Shown here: positions 1 through 12,890 of the stretch, piece by piece
Layout of the letters: the number at the start of each line of letters is the position of its first letter
Numbering within the stretch: the stretch's first letter is position 1
Assembly (NCBI RefSeq): GCF_006345805.1
Contig: NC_043004.1
Location: forward strand, 76,632,001-76,696,000
DNA: 64,000 bases
Direction of reading: 5' to 3'
DNA from: Octopus sinensis
Lineage: Eukaryota
Translations under genes and position numbers: made by a program
The notes under the pieces: model-generated
Seen by the model: the letters and a program-made list of their open reading frames with translations, nothing else
Database searches by the model: none
Told to the model about the DNA's origin: nothing

Positions 1-100
1 GATCGATCCCAGTATGCAACTGGTACTTAATTTATCAAGCCCAAAAGGATGAAAGGCAAAGTTGACCTCTATGGAATTTGAACTCAGAACAAAATACCTA

Positions 101-326
101 TTTCTTTACTACCCACAAGGGGCTAAACCCAGAGGGGACAAACAAGGACAGACAAACGGATTAAGTCAATTACTGTGATCCCAGTGCATAACTGGTACTT
201 ATTTAATCGACCCCGAAAGGATGAAAGGCAAAGTCGACCTTGGCAGAATTTGAACTCAGAACGTAGCGGCAGACAAAATACCACTAAGCATTTCGCCTGG
301 CATGCTAACATTTCTGCCAGCTCGCC
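101..326 (-). mobile_element. tRNA-derived SINE (family A), preceded by a partial copy at 1-90
   Basis: Minus strand begins GGCGAGCTGGCAGAAATGTTAGCA...GAGTTCAAATTC (pol III A/B-box-like); shared core gaccccgaaaggatgaaaggcaaagtcgacc recurs at ~25530, 35230, 49100, 54830. Confidence 0.8.
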
Positions 327-1831
327 GTCTAGAAAGCCAAAATATTAGCAGGACTGTACAGTGAAGTGCATTATTTGTGTGTGTGTGTGTGTGTGCATGT
401 ACACTGCCACATCTCAAATAAGTCAACCATTTATGGATTAACTTTGAAGAACCTTAGCTATGTGCTATGCACATTTGATTCAATTTACTCAACAAGTGAC
501 AACTTTCTAATTCAATGAAAGTCAAAATGTTTTAGAACAAGTAACATTAAGCCAGCATTAGCTAAAAAAGTAATTTCTTTACTAATTTAATTATTAGTTG
601 ATATCAAATCAATGTTGACATAAACTGGTAGAATTCAAACAGCATAGAAATTACAAGATTCTCTTTGGAATTTTATGGTAAAATTAGCTTTATCTCCTTA
701 TACAGTCTCTATCATTGTTAGTCTATTTACTGGTTAATTTGTGGTTACTGATAGCGTTGTGTTTTACTGGCTGTGAAGTGTATTTTATCGTCAGTGGCAA
801 AGAGTGCTGCAGTAACTGACAATGTTATAAGAAAATGAAGAATGTGGTTACTAACAAAGCTGTAGCAATTGATAGAGTTGTGGCAATTTATGGTGTTGCA
901 GTTGTTGTATTAGGATGAAATTTGAATTTCTTCAATGTCAATTATTTGTATACAGTTTCTTTGATATTCTTTACACAAAGGTCATTTCTAAAGTGGAGGA
1001 ATGCAACATTGAAGTGTTGGGTGTTAGCTTAAAGTTCAGTTTTAAGATAAACATTTAAGTCTTCAGCTGATTCATCAATTGATTGTTTCACCAAATGTAA
1101 ATATTTTTTAAAATATCTATATATTACAGTGATAGAGGTAAAAGAAAGAAAAAATATATTCTTTCCTTAAAGTAATCAAATTATTCATAAAGGCTATATA
1201 ATGTATCCAAAGTTCTAAAATTAAGTAGAACTAGAATATAATATAGAATTTTTTCAAAGAAGCAATTTTTTTTCCCAGTACTTTGTCAGTATAAATTTAA
1301 GTTTATAACAATTTTAGCTTCAAAAATCACCTTTTAACTAATCCAACAATGTGAAATAATAAACAAATTAATTATTTTTCAGAAAATCTTTTCAATGTTT
1401 TCAGTTTGTTCTCTTTTTTTTTTTTTAAAGAGGTTATTAGTAAACTGCAAGAAACATAAGAAACAATTTTTTTCCACAACATTGAATAATATTTTTTTTT
1501 CTCATATAACTGATTCGTTTTAAACTGATTTCTAATTGATATAATTTATGATTGGAACACTTTGAAAACATCTCTTTTGGTTAAGTTTTAACAGTTCAGA
1601 TATTACAGTAGACAGTGAATTCCAAAACAATATAATAATTAAGTCACTAATTCTAGAAAATAACTGAAACACAAACAAAACATCTACAATGTTAGTGTAA
1701 TTCAATAATAAAGCTTTATTTCAGTCCTGATGGATGAAAAATAACAGAAAAGTAAAATGCAGTATAACAGGAGACAATTTTTTAAAATTTTATTTATAAT
1801 ATATTTCAGAGAGACACTTTTGTAATTTCAG

Positions 1832-1890
1832 AACTTCAGAATCCAGTGGTTCCCAGTTGCCATAAATTTTCCCAGAATAAATATGTTTTG
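1832..1890 (+). CDS. Candidate penultimate exon of an unidentified convergent gene
   Basis: Acceptor taatttcag, donor TG|gtaaat; reads NFRIQWFPVAINFPRINMF(C) and joins in frame to 1995-2097; product not recognised. Confidence 0.4.
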
Positions 1891-1994
1891 GTAAATGTTA
1901 TAATTGAAGTGTTTCTCTTGTAATGAGATTACTTTTATCAATGAGCATGAGTGGGAACTGAATGTGTTTGGGTTTAAATTTATTTCCTTACCAG

Positions 1995-2097
1995 CTTTAC
2001 TAGTTTTAGTGCCCTCATTATTGCATCTGAAAAGCTGTCTTTTATTGGTGCCATTGAAGATCCAGAGATAAGTCACAGTGAACAAGAAAGACTATAA
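1995..2097 (+). CDS. Candidate terminal exon of an unidentified convergent gene
   Basis: Strong acceptor tttatttccttaccag; reads FTSFSALIIASEKLSFIGAIEDPEISHSEQERL* (TAA 2095-2097); 104-bp intron upstream. Confidence 0.4.
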
Positions 2098-2809
2098 TAT
2101 ATGTTAAAACTGTTGGGTATTTAATGTAGTTATTCAGATTTGCTAACGAGCTCTGCATGGACAGACAAATTACTTCTTCAGGCAATTCAAACAGTTTGGA
2201 TATACATTAGTTTTTTGGGTATTTTTTTTTCCTATTGTTATTGCAGTGATTAATTCATTTTGGTTTGACTGGGAAAGGAAAGAATTAGGAGGATAACAGA
2301 AAAGAAAAAGAGAAGTGTGTGCATGTACTAAAATCTTAACACATCGAAGTATATTCTCACAACAATCATGTTAATAAAGTGCACTAAAGTCTAAGGTATT
2401 TCATAATTGAATTTCAAGCAGGAAAATGTTAAGTTTGATACTATTACATTATACTACAATATGTTTCACTTTATTGAACTTGTTGTTAGCAGTTTGCGTA
2501 GATAGTATTTTATTGAATAGTAAGAAATTCCCCAATCTCAACCCACTACATTCTGAATCCATGACCCAGTCATAACATTTCCAACTATGAGGTAAAACAA
2601 CTTCTATGAGGTTTTCTTCAATTAAGAGTTAGTTCCTTTGTCATCCTATGAAGCAGTTAATTGTAACCCGCTACTTCAGTTGACAACTGCACTGACTCAA
2701 AGATAATAAAATCATTTTGTTTAGTAGGTGCTACAAAGAACTTATCACCATCAGGTGATATTATCAAAAATATAAGTAGGTAACGGAATACTAAGAGATA
2801 CTTCAGTAT

Positions 2810-3261
<452 letters not shown>

Positions 3262-3640
3262 GCACATACATATAGGCACTACACTAGTTGGAATGGTGAC
3301 TGGCAACAACAAATATTGCCAAAACAAATCTTTAATTATTTATTTAGCCCAACACTCTGATTGAGTTTATTATATAATTTTAGTTAAGTTTTCATAATTT
3401 ACTGGAATGTGAATTTAGCACATCCTGGCAAGGATCAAAATAAATGTATTTAAATTGTATATGAATGAAAATAATTTGATGGTTGGAAGAAAATGAAGAG
3501 GTTAGTGTTAAGAAAATGGTAGGAGGAGAAGAAAATATAAATATTGATAATGATTATAAATAAATAAAATAGTAACAATTTCAACAAAAAAAAATTTTTT
3601 TTAAAGCTTGACTTTAGTTAGAAAGGAACAGATCTGTTTT

Positions 3641-3644
<4 letters not shown>

Positions 3645-3673
<29 letters not shown>

Positions 3674-3867
3674 GTAGTAGTAGTAGTAGTAGTTGTAGTA
3701 GCTGTAGTAGTAATAGTAGTAGTAGTATAACTGTAATTAATATTGACTTAATACTCAGATCCAGTTTCAATTTGCAGTTTGACCTGCATTACTTACATGT
3801 CTAAGATTACTGGGAAAAGCATGAAGATCACAACAGGCAACTTCACTTCCCCAGAGGCTATTATTAC

Positions 3868-3918
<51 letters not shown>

Positions 3919-3925
3919 TATTATT

Positions 3926-3970
<45 letters not shown>

Positions 3971-4033
3971 GTTATTATTATTGTCATTATTATTATTATT
4001 ATATTATTATTATTATCATTATTATTATTGTTG

Positions 4034-4065
<32 letters not shown>

Positions 4066-4097
4066 GTTATTATTATTATTATTATTATTATCATTAT
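3645..4097. repeat. (ATT)n/(AGT)n trinucleotide tracts (3645-3725, 3855-4097)
   Basis: Direct reading. Confidence 0.95.
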
Positions 4098-5837
4098 GTC
4101 TCATGAGATTTGGATATTTTACAGTTTCTTTCGTTTCTTATACATGTAAAGCTATGTATCAGGGCTAAATGCAATGCTGAAGATGAGAACATAACACAAG
4201 GCTTCTGAGTTCTAAGTATTCTCTATCCTCTAAGATACAAACCAGGCAGTTACTAAGTATGGAGCCGCCCAAAAATAAATATTCAGAAGTTTACAACCTC
4301 TCAAGCTTTCTTTCACTGACATGAAGTGGTGGTGGTTAGTGATGGTGTTATTAATAACATCGGGACAAGAGGGGGGAGAGGAAACAAGTTAATCTATTAT
4401 TAAATTTTTTGCTTTTTTTTTCATTTTTTTGTTTTTATTTTACCATTTTTTTTTTAAATATAGAGTCCAGTTTGCAGGCACCATGTCAACAGTAGATAAA
4501 AAAAAAAATAATAAATAAACAAAATAGCAACCAAACAAAACAATTTGCAGTGGAAAAAGGGTTAAATCAGAATTGTGAATCTGTAAGAGGCCAAGAGAGA
4601 TTTGTTTTGTTTTGTTTTTTTTTTCTTATTCTTTTCTTTTTTTTTTCTTAAGTATTTCGTTTAACCTCTGGAGGTTACTTTCTTGATTTCTCATAATGTA
4701 AGGTGCACTGCTGAAAATTTTTTAGATACAGTCTGCATAAAAACATCTTGGAAATCAGCCTGACACTTTATTTTGTAACATTTATGCTCATTTGTTTATG
4801 TATGACTATACTCCCACAGACACACAATCCACACGCTCACATGCACACACATTTACACATATATGTATGTGTATGATTATACACATATATACAAAAGAGT
4901 GTAAATATGTATATCTTTTATCTAAATACATACACACATGTTCAGTTCTATGTAACTTTATATATAGCTGCATACATACATCGAAAAATGTATATACATG
5001 AAAAGTATGTATGCCTATTTATATGTACGTGAGCTTGTATAAATTCATATACACATCTGTAGAGGGCAAATACATGTATGTATGTATATATGTTCAGAGA
5101 TCTTTTAGTTTTTCTCTTCTTTTTCTTTTCTCTCACCTTCCCTCTCTCTTTGTCTATCTGTCCATCTCTCTTTTACTGTTCATTTTACATTAATAAATTC
5201 AAGAATTTAATTTAAATTTAGGATATATATTTTTTCCTGAACGAATATTCTTCCAATGAATTTGAGATTAAACAAAGAGCAGAACTGAGAAGGAAGGTCT
5301 ACTAGAGAGGTTTTTCTTTTTTCTCTTAAAATGTTTTTCTAAAGTGAGTCTGAAACTTTTACAGCATAGAAGAATTAGGGTTCAAATCCTGATTTTAGTA
5401 GTGCTAGAGGTGAAGAGGGCTAAAATTGTTTGCTACAGGAGCCAGTAGAATTAAGAGATCATTGATTAGAGATAGGTGGCTGCAGCTTTGTAGCTGAAAC
5501 ACTTGCTTCAATATATGAGCAGTATGTTCATTCCAGGTCATTTATCTTCTGTTTCATAATTTTCTTTTACAGTTTTAAATCCCTCTATTTGATGATAAGA
5601 AGCAGTTCTTACATGTTTATTATAAAACAAACATGAATAAGAGTAGAAAGAGATAAAGGATGTATTGAAGAAAAAAAAAAATATTTAAAAACAAATGAGG
5701 GAAATATTTTATCTGACAGTGATCTGCTTTTGCAACAGACTCAGTAAAGCATAACGTCCACCAAGATTTTTAGACCTGTATTATTATTCCATGAAGCAGC
5801 CTGATAAACATCTGCCTGTATCTGTATTTTGTAGTGC

Positions 5838-5939
5838 TTACCAAGCACTTGTTTCAAAAGAGCGAGAACGATGCACAGTTGTTGAGACAGTTATATCAGA
5901 GCATTCATCAGAATCGGAGCTAGAATCTGTATCTTGATT
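5838..5939 (-). CDS. MAP3K13: DLK/LZK MAP3K last coding exon
   Basis: NQDTDSSSDSDECSDITVSTTVHRSRSFETSAW* (TAA at 5838-5840); acceptor catttcag after a polypyrimidine run; terminal Trp as in vertebrate LZK. Confidence 0.85.
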   Translation of the reverse strand, partial: NQDTDSSSDSDECSDITVSTTVHRSRSFETSAW

Positions 5940-6249
5940 CTGAAATGGTTGAAAAAGAAAAAAAAAAGAAAGTTTTTTATTTTATAAATAAAAGTAAGCT
6001 GAGTGTGTGCAAACATATTAATAACAATAAAACAGAAAACCATGAAAATAAGTAATTAATTTTAACAGTTATCGAGCTCAAACTTTACAAAATATCCCTA
6101 GATCAGATTTGTACTGATACAATCACATATATTTATGGGTATTACATTATATAGATCAAATAAACATCAGAGATGCTTTTCCGCATGCAGAATCTGCAGG
6201 AACAACTAAGAAGTTTTGCAAGCCCTTCTAAATTCATTGCAATGTTGGA

Positions 6250-6560
6250 AACCCTCCCATATCATCAGCAGGTGTATCAGGGTCACAAGTGTTTTATTCC
6301 TTAGCCCGTATGCTTCCCCTGAGTGGAGCAGTGAGGACTAAGCTAGTCTTCAGCTGCAGAAGGGTTCCACTTGTGGTCCCTTATCAACCATAGCCACCTT
6401 GAACTAGTTTCAGCTGCTGTGCCTATTTCTGTGATAACTTTCTTCAGTTGTCTATGTTCCAGACTTATCTTTTTCAGGAAACAGCACACTAATCTAGATG
6501 AAAAGCTGTGGCAGCTGACTTCAATGGAGAATGGGGCTGCATGCTAATTCTTGACAAAGG
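6250..6560 (-). mobile_element. Hero/NeSL-like (RLE) non-LTR retrotransposon 3' end
   Basis: PFSIEVSCHSFSSRLVCCFLKKISLEHRQLKKVITEIGTAAETSSRWLWLIRDHKW...* matches the PxEVGCRGF...AE.SS.WLW..R...W C-terminus; stop at 6343-6345. Confidence 0.7.
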
Positions 6561-6619
6561 CCTTGTCGACTAAGTGCTGATGTATAATTTATATATAATG
6601 CATAATAAAGTATTTACTC

Positions 6620-6937
6620 CCGTGCCAGTGACACGTAAAAAGCACCATTTGAACATGGTCAATGCCAGTTCCAGCTGACTGGTCCGGTGCTGGTGGCACA
6701 TAAAAAGGCACCATTCAAGCATAGTCGTTGTGAGTGCGGCCTGACTGGCTTCCATGCCAGTGGCACATAAAAAGAACACACTACACATTTGAAGTGGTTG
6801 GCATTAGGAAGGGCATCCAGCTGTAGAAACTTTGCCAGATAGGATTGGAGCCTGGTGCAGCTAAACCATCAAACCATCCAACCCATACCAGGATGGAAAG
6901 CAGACATTAAACAATGATGACGATGATGATGATGACT
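6620..6937 (+). mobile_element. SINE-like repeat with (ATG)n tail (family C)
   Basis: ggcacataaaaaggcacc motifs, ggttggcattaggaagggcatccagctgtagaaac core, tail ggaaagcagacattaaacaatgatgacgatgatgatgatga. Confidence 0.8.
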
Positions 6938-7427
6938 ACATTTCAGTCAAGTAGATTAAGAAATTTTCAGATTTTTCTTTGGAAATATTACATATTTCAA
7001 TATTCAGTGTTAACTAATACTAATTTTTTTGATCTTTGCTCAAATTTTGAAAGACTTGTTTATCAAGATAATTTTTAAAAGAAATTCCAAGATATTTAGT
7101 TGTTGATATCAAGTAAATTTATTATAGTCATATAACTTTAAAACATAATTTTGATAATGTAATAATATGAGACAAAAGAAGGTAAAGTACTTTGTTTTGT
7201 TTAAGAATGCAGCCTATAGACTTGCTCAAGGTGGTTTCTAATTAGAACTAGAATTATTAATCATCTCACTGTATTCAAATTTTACCTTTTGATAGTATAC
7301 ATAGGTGGTTCCTAATTTCCCAATCTCTAACTGGATGCTAAGAAGATGACAACTCTGAATTATGAAGATTCTAAATGTTATTGGATAATTTTGTATGTTC
7401 TTTGAAATACATTTAGTTTTTCTAGCT

Positions 7428-7722
7428 CTGAGTGCAGGTGCCACTTAAAAGCACCCAGTCCGCATTGTAAGGTGGTTGGTATTTGGAAGGGTATCCAGCA
7501 GTAAAAACCTAGCCAAAACTGACCTCGCCTGTGCTTGTGCCATGTGAAAAGCACTCATCTCCACTCTGCTGAGTGGTTGGTGTTAGGAAGGGCATCCAGC
7601 TGTAAAAACCCTGCCAAAACAGTCACAGAAGTCTGGTGTAGGCTTCTGCCTGGCTGGCTCTTGTGAAACCATTCTATCCATGCCAGCATGGAAGGCGGGT
7701 TTTAAACGATGATGATGATGAT
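7428..7722 (+). mobile_element. SINE-like repeat family C
   Basis: Two copies of the ggttgg..ggaagggcatccagc core and catgccagcatggaagg...aacgatgatgatgatga tail. Confidence 0.75.
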
Positions 7723-7902
7723 TCAACTATTTTATAGTTAAATAATAGGCGTGGTTGTGGGGTTAAGAAGCTCACTTTGCAACAATGTGGCTTTAAGTTC
7801 AGTCCCACAGTGCAAATGTTTTCTAATATAGAGAAAAATATCAGATAAGATATAAAATGTAAACTAGAGAAATATGAAGAATTATGCTGAAAATAAACTT
7901 AC

Positions 7903-8196
7903 TTCATAAATTCGATCAGGTGAGAAAGACACTTGACTTTTCATTTCTTTCATTTTAAGCTCTTTATCAGAGAGACCATCAGAGATGCAGGGAACTAGCT
8001 CCATCTGTAAATTTTCAGAACTATTTGTTGATAATAAGCCATCAGGAGTATATCGTGTGGAATGTTCACTTGTGTTTTCTTCTTCAGAGAAAGCACCTTC
8101 AGAACTTAGAGTTGAGTAAGATTGTCTAGTTCTGTTCTGTGCAACATCATCCTCACTAACTTCTCCTTCTTCCTCAGACCAGGAATCCTCAGAACG
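7903..8196 (-). CDS. MAP3K13: DLK/LZK MAP3K penultimate coding exon with SEEEGEV and SDGLSD motifs (missed by ORF track)
   Basis: RSEDSWSEEEGEVSEDD...QSYSTLSSEGAFSEEENTSE...VPCISDGLSDKELKMKEMKSQVSFSPDRIYE; acceptor taacag, donor gtaagt; 294 bp, phase 0-0. Confidence 0.93.
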
Positions 8197-8946
8197 CTGT
8201 TAAAAGGAGAAACATCATTAATATACACGGTATTATAATTTGCATTTATACAGTTGGTGTTAAAAACTTGCTTGTACATTAACAAATTTGCGATACTTTG
8301 CTAAAGATAAAAATCGATACAAATGGCATTTATGAAATTAAAAGGCTATTTTATTACTATTTAGATTTAAATATTACATTAGTATGTTTTGAAAATTTAA
8401 TATTAGATTTTGAACATAAGGTAATGAGTTGACAGAACCGTTAGTGTATCAGAAAATTGATAACCTTGTGCCAAAATTTGAAACCACTATTAGAATTTGT
8501 ACAAGTTGGATGCATGCTCAATTTAATTGTAAAGTAAAGAGATTTTAGGACATAGCATTATTTTCATCTTTATTTAGGTGTATTCATTGAGCTATCATCT
8601 CTGAAAATAATGATTTTGAATTACTACTCCAACTAAGAAAAAAATATTTAAGATCACTTATAACATCAGCTAATTCCTAACATTGCCAGATGAAACCAAA
8701 GCAAAATATCTTTTTGCTTTCACAAAAGTTGGCATATGATATTTATGCGAGTTAGGTGGCTTTGTCTATTGCTTTCTTATGCAAATTCAATAAACTCTTC
8801 ACATGCACACATGCTAAAATCTTAGACAGCTCTGGAGCAGAAGGGGCCAAAACAGCTACAGAGTGGCTTCACCACCTGATGAAACTCCAGTATTTGGAAA
8901 TGGAGTACAGCAGCACCCCACCAGCACACAAGTGTTTATCCTAAAT

Positions 8947-9155
8947 CAGTTGTCTGCAACTAGGGTCCACATGACCCTTGAGAGTCTATATAGCATTTTG
9001 TTGTTAAACAAAATAGGTTACACTTCTACAATATACAAAATATTTTAGCAATTTTTTAAAATATAGTATTTTTATACATTAAATGGCTATGAGGGTCCAC
9101 CTGAATAAAATAGGAATCAAGAGTCCATAGGTAAAAAAATGGCTGAGAACCACTG
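8947..9155. mobile_element. hAT (Charlie-like) MITE
   Basis: Ends CAGTTGTCTGCAAC / GGCTGAGAACCACTG resemble CAGTGGTTCTCAAC TIR; flanks tcctaaat / ccctaaaa are an imperfect 8-bp duplication. Confidence 0.6.
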
Positions 9156-9711
9156 CCCTAAAATAGTCATGCTAGAGCTTCAATTTTCAAGAAATATTTC
9201 TTTTAAAAATGTATGTGAAAATTCTTTCATTTATCTATTTTGAAGTAGCTACATATAAGCTTAAAAACAGTAAACTACTAAAGCATTATTAAATACAATG
9301 AATATCTTTTCATCACATGCATTGACGATGTTATGATTAATCATCCAAAAGCCTTTGAGTTTGTGCCAAATGCAATCAGAAATAAAATCAATTAGATGAT
9401 TATAGAAGGGAAATAAGGATGAGATATCACTTATAATTTATTTTAGCATACAACTAGTTTCATTTCAAAAAGAAATTAGGAGCAGAAGCAGAACTATAAA
9501 AATTCTGAACCTTGCAACAGTCTTATTATAAAATAACCAAAATCCTTATCCACAAAAAATTCAAATGTTAACGATAACTATTATCAGGTTTTATTAATAA
9601 GAATATTTTACTGGTCACTTAAAGATTTAACAATTTTCTTTTAAATCCTTCATAAATATTTCTTGCAACCTATGTTTCAATAGATTTTGTATATTCTTTT
9701 ATTGTTTTATT

Positions 9712-10072
9712 CTTTTAATTGTTTCAGTCATTAGACAATGGCCAAGCTGGGGCACCACCTTGAAGAATTTTAGTCAAATGGATCAACCCCAGAACTTATG
9801 TCTTTTAAGCCTGGTACTTATTCTAGCAGTCTCTTGTGCCAAACCAATAAGATATGGCAACATAAACATATTAACACTGGTTATGAAGCAGCGGTGGTGG
9901 ACAAACACAGGCGCAATGACACACACACACACATGCAACAGGCTTCTTTCAGTTTCCATCTACCAAATCCATTCAGAAGGCTTCGGTTGGCCCAAGGCCA
10001 TAGAGATGGGATTGAACTCAGAACCATGCGGTAGGGAAGTAAACTTCTTACCACACAGCCATGCCTGCGCCT
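9712..10072 (-). mobile_element. tRNA-derived SINE (family B)
   Basis: gtttcagtcatt...ggcttctttcagtttccatctaccaaatcc...ttaccacacagccatgcctgcgcc; minus strand starts ggcgcaggcatggctgtgtggtaag (A box). Confidence 0.8.
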
Positions 10073-10125
10073 ATATAGATTTTGCATATAATCAAGATTT
10101 GGTAATTAAGCTAGCACTTATTTAA

Positions 10126-10345
10126 CCCTTTCATTACTGTATTTATTTTGAGATGCTCTGTGTTTCTTTCAATTATTTTAAATATAACAAAGAATTTAGT
10201 AAAATAATTTAGTTATCATTAAGCTAGTGTTAGAAGCATGAATTGGGACTAAGGTTTGGTGGAAGATTTTAATTCAAAACTTATGAAAACAAAACATTTT
10301 ACCACAGAGCCTGAGCTGGTTTTGGCTGGATTAGTAACAAAAGGG
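10126..10345. mobile_element. piggyBac-type MITE
   Basis: TTAA|CCCTTTCATTACT ... AGTAACAAAAGGG|TTAA; TTAA target duplication, 11/13 TIR match. Confidence 0.8.
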
Positions 10346-10505
10346 TTAATAGAGTTATGCTAACAAGGTTTAATAAAACATCTGAACGATATATAAGAGG
10401 TTTTGTATTATAGGTCTTAGGTGAAATGGTGAGTTTGGTTTTCAAAATTGAAAATCAATTTTAAATACTTTTGAGACAGAGAAGAATACAAAAATAATAC
10501 CTTAC

Positions 10506-11328
10506 CTTAATATTCCTCATGTGGTGCTCAGTTTCTGGGTTTTCTTCAGTTGATTCCATGCTACTTTCATTTCGTGAATTTGCGATTATCTTTGGAGTAA
10601 TCTCAACATCACTTCTTGTGCGTTTCAAAGACACATTTGCTGGTATATTCTCAGGATTACTGGTGGTCGGCTGTTCCATATCGTGTGTTAAAGGAACAGA
10701 ATCTGGCTCAACTGGACAATGCAAGTTCTCATTTGAATCTCTCTCACGAGTTGGTTGGGGTTGATTTTTGTTATTTTCATCTTCAATAGTAGTTAGTAAG
10801 GGTTTCAGACTATGGAGATCTCTACTACAACCTGTATGGGTAGGACTGTGACAGGGTGAGTCACATGTGCTCTCAACATCTGCACTGGCTCGACTAGATC
10901 TTTTACTGCTGCAGTAAGTTGCAGCATCACTGCAGCCGTCAGAACAAAAACATACATCATTTAGATTGTGAGTTTCAAGATTGTGATTAACAATGAGGGT
11001 ATTCACTATAGACTCATTACAGATTGATGATTGACTATCTCGAAGGGACATATTAGGCCCTAAATATTTATAAGTGGTTGGACTCACTTCCGAACGATCA
11101 ACATGGCGCAGGGTAACTGGTTTTGATTGCAGCTCTTCATGCAGAGCATCTTTAGTGGGACTTTTAGCTGTAGTTGGACTCTTATTTGGACTTGAGGTAG
11201 TCGTGGTGATAGATCCTTTGCTGTTATTACGTCGGTGACGACTTTTGCGGACTCGAACTTTAGTTGGTGATGGAAGGACCTGTTCTGAACTAGTAGTCAT
11301 AGCGCCTTCTTTATTCTGGCTATCAGGA
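10506..11328 (-). CDS. MAP3K13: DLK/LZK MAP3K large exon, low-complexity C-terminal region
   Basis: PDSQNKEGAMTTSSEQVLPSPTKVRVRKSRHRRNNSK...ETEHHMRNIK; overlaps 279-aa ORF; acceptor atatag, donor gtaagg; 823 bp, phase 2 to 0; contains the RHRRxNS motif seen in LZK. Confidence 0.9.
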
Positions 11329-12436
11329 CTATATTGAAATAAAACAGAATTGACAGATGCATAAAATTAATTATTATTTTGGTTAACATATTTTAGATTT
11401 TAGAAGAAAAAGGAATTGGAATCTAATTATTCATTAATTTTGTACAATTTGCTTCGTATTAAGAAAATATTTGATGAATGACACCCAAAACAGAATCTAA
11501 TTTAAAAATCAGAATTTGTTTGTATCTTGGGAGGGTCAGTATGCCAACAATAAACACATGCACTGGTTCTATTTCACTTCTTTATTATTGATCAATAGTT
11601 CGACCAACTGATGAATAATAAAGAAGTAAATTAGAAGCACTGCATGTGTTTAGTATAACTATAAAGACCTTCCTGAGATACAATAAAATCTGTTTCAACA
11701 TACACATTCATACCAAGAATCTTGCAAGCAAAAAATAAAATCACAAATTCTATTTAGAACATGAAAAGGTCAAGGTATATTGCAAAGACTTACATACAAC
11801 TAACAACTGTGATAAGATCACATAGAAAAGCTATCTGACATGTGTAAATTTCAAAAACTGGAGTTTTTAAACATTAAAACCAATTGATTTTTAAGAACTC
11901 TGTATATTTGAAATTCAAAATCCAAACAGAAGAATTACAGAAAATGTTTCAGTTTTTCAACAGCTAAATTGAAAAGAAGATATTAGAGGAAAAAGATTCT
12001 GTAAGAAACAAATAACATTGTTTATTCTGTTTTAGATGAAGGCAATAACTAAAACTGAAGTTCTTTAACAACAGGATCACTTTTAATAATGTTTTATAAT
12101 GCTCCCTCATATCTTATCAATACGTCAAAGTTATTTCAAGAAGGGCTGGCCACACTTTTATGTAAGAACTCCTTTCTCCTTTACTTTCATGTTATGTTTC
12201 TGCAATATTTACAATAACACCAAGTATCATGAAAATTTGCTAAAATCCTTTACATTATTTTGTGTTTTATTTAAAATGTGACTTAAGTAGGTATCACAGC
12301 ATAATCCAGCTAAAATGAAATATTTCTTTCTCCCTCTTTCTCTCTCTCGTTCTGGTGCCAGTGTCATGTAAAAAGTACCTCCGCTGGCCCCACATTAAAA
12401 GCACCCAGTACACTCTGTAAAGTTGTTGACATTAGG

Positions 12437-12700
12437 GATCCAGCCATAGCAGTAATCCAGGCAGCTGAGGACGAATGTCCGCCAGAGGACCATCATGGTT
12501 TTCTTATCTCTGGTTCTGAATGTTCTTAGGATCCATCCAACCAGTCGTCTGCCCTTTGTCGCCATCCTGGTAATGTGCACTTGGAAAGAGGTATCATCAC
12601 TCATGTCGATACCCAGGTCCCTCACTGACTTGTTAAACTTTTTTATATTTTCCCAAGATTTTCCCTTGTTAACTGTTCTTAACATGTTCTTATTATCAAA
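12437..12700 (-). mobile_element. CR1/L2-type LINE reverse-transcriptase fragment
   Basis: VRDLGIDMSDDTSFQVHITRMATKGRRLVGWILRTFRTRDKKTMMVLWRTFVLSCLDYC: typical DLG...LDYC C-terminal RT/thumb region. Confidence 0.8.
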
Positions 12701-12703
12701 GAA

Positions 12704-12765
<62 letters not shown>

Positions 12766-12767
<2 letters not shown>

Positions 12768-12890
12768 AATATTTTGTGACATCCAGTACTTAACACAACC
12801 AAGCTTTTACATGTTACTTTTGACAATCTTTTTCTAAAAAAGTGAAACCGGTCAAGTAAATAAACATCTTTTAAAATTGCATTTTCAAAC

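Noticed and set aside
706-820. Possible plus-strand hydrophobic exon after tttatctccttatacag
   Set aside because: No convincing donor and cannot be linked in frame to the 1832 exon.
2657-2790. Protein-like minus ORF tail SPDGDKFFVAPTKQNDFIIFESVQLSTEVAGYN as alternative MAP3K terminus
   Set aside because: No in-frame acceptor found; upstream part of the ORF is microsatellite.
8868-8915. Hammerhead-like CTGATGA followed by ACTCC/GGAGT hairpin
   Set aside because: No GAAAC box after the stem and no closing stem I.
10461-11300. Stand-alone 279-aa single-exon gene
   Set aside because: It is the internal 823-bp exon of the MAP3K gene; the frame opens upstream of the Met at a splice acceptor and ends at a donor.
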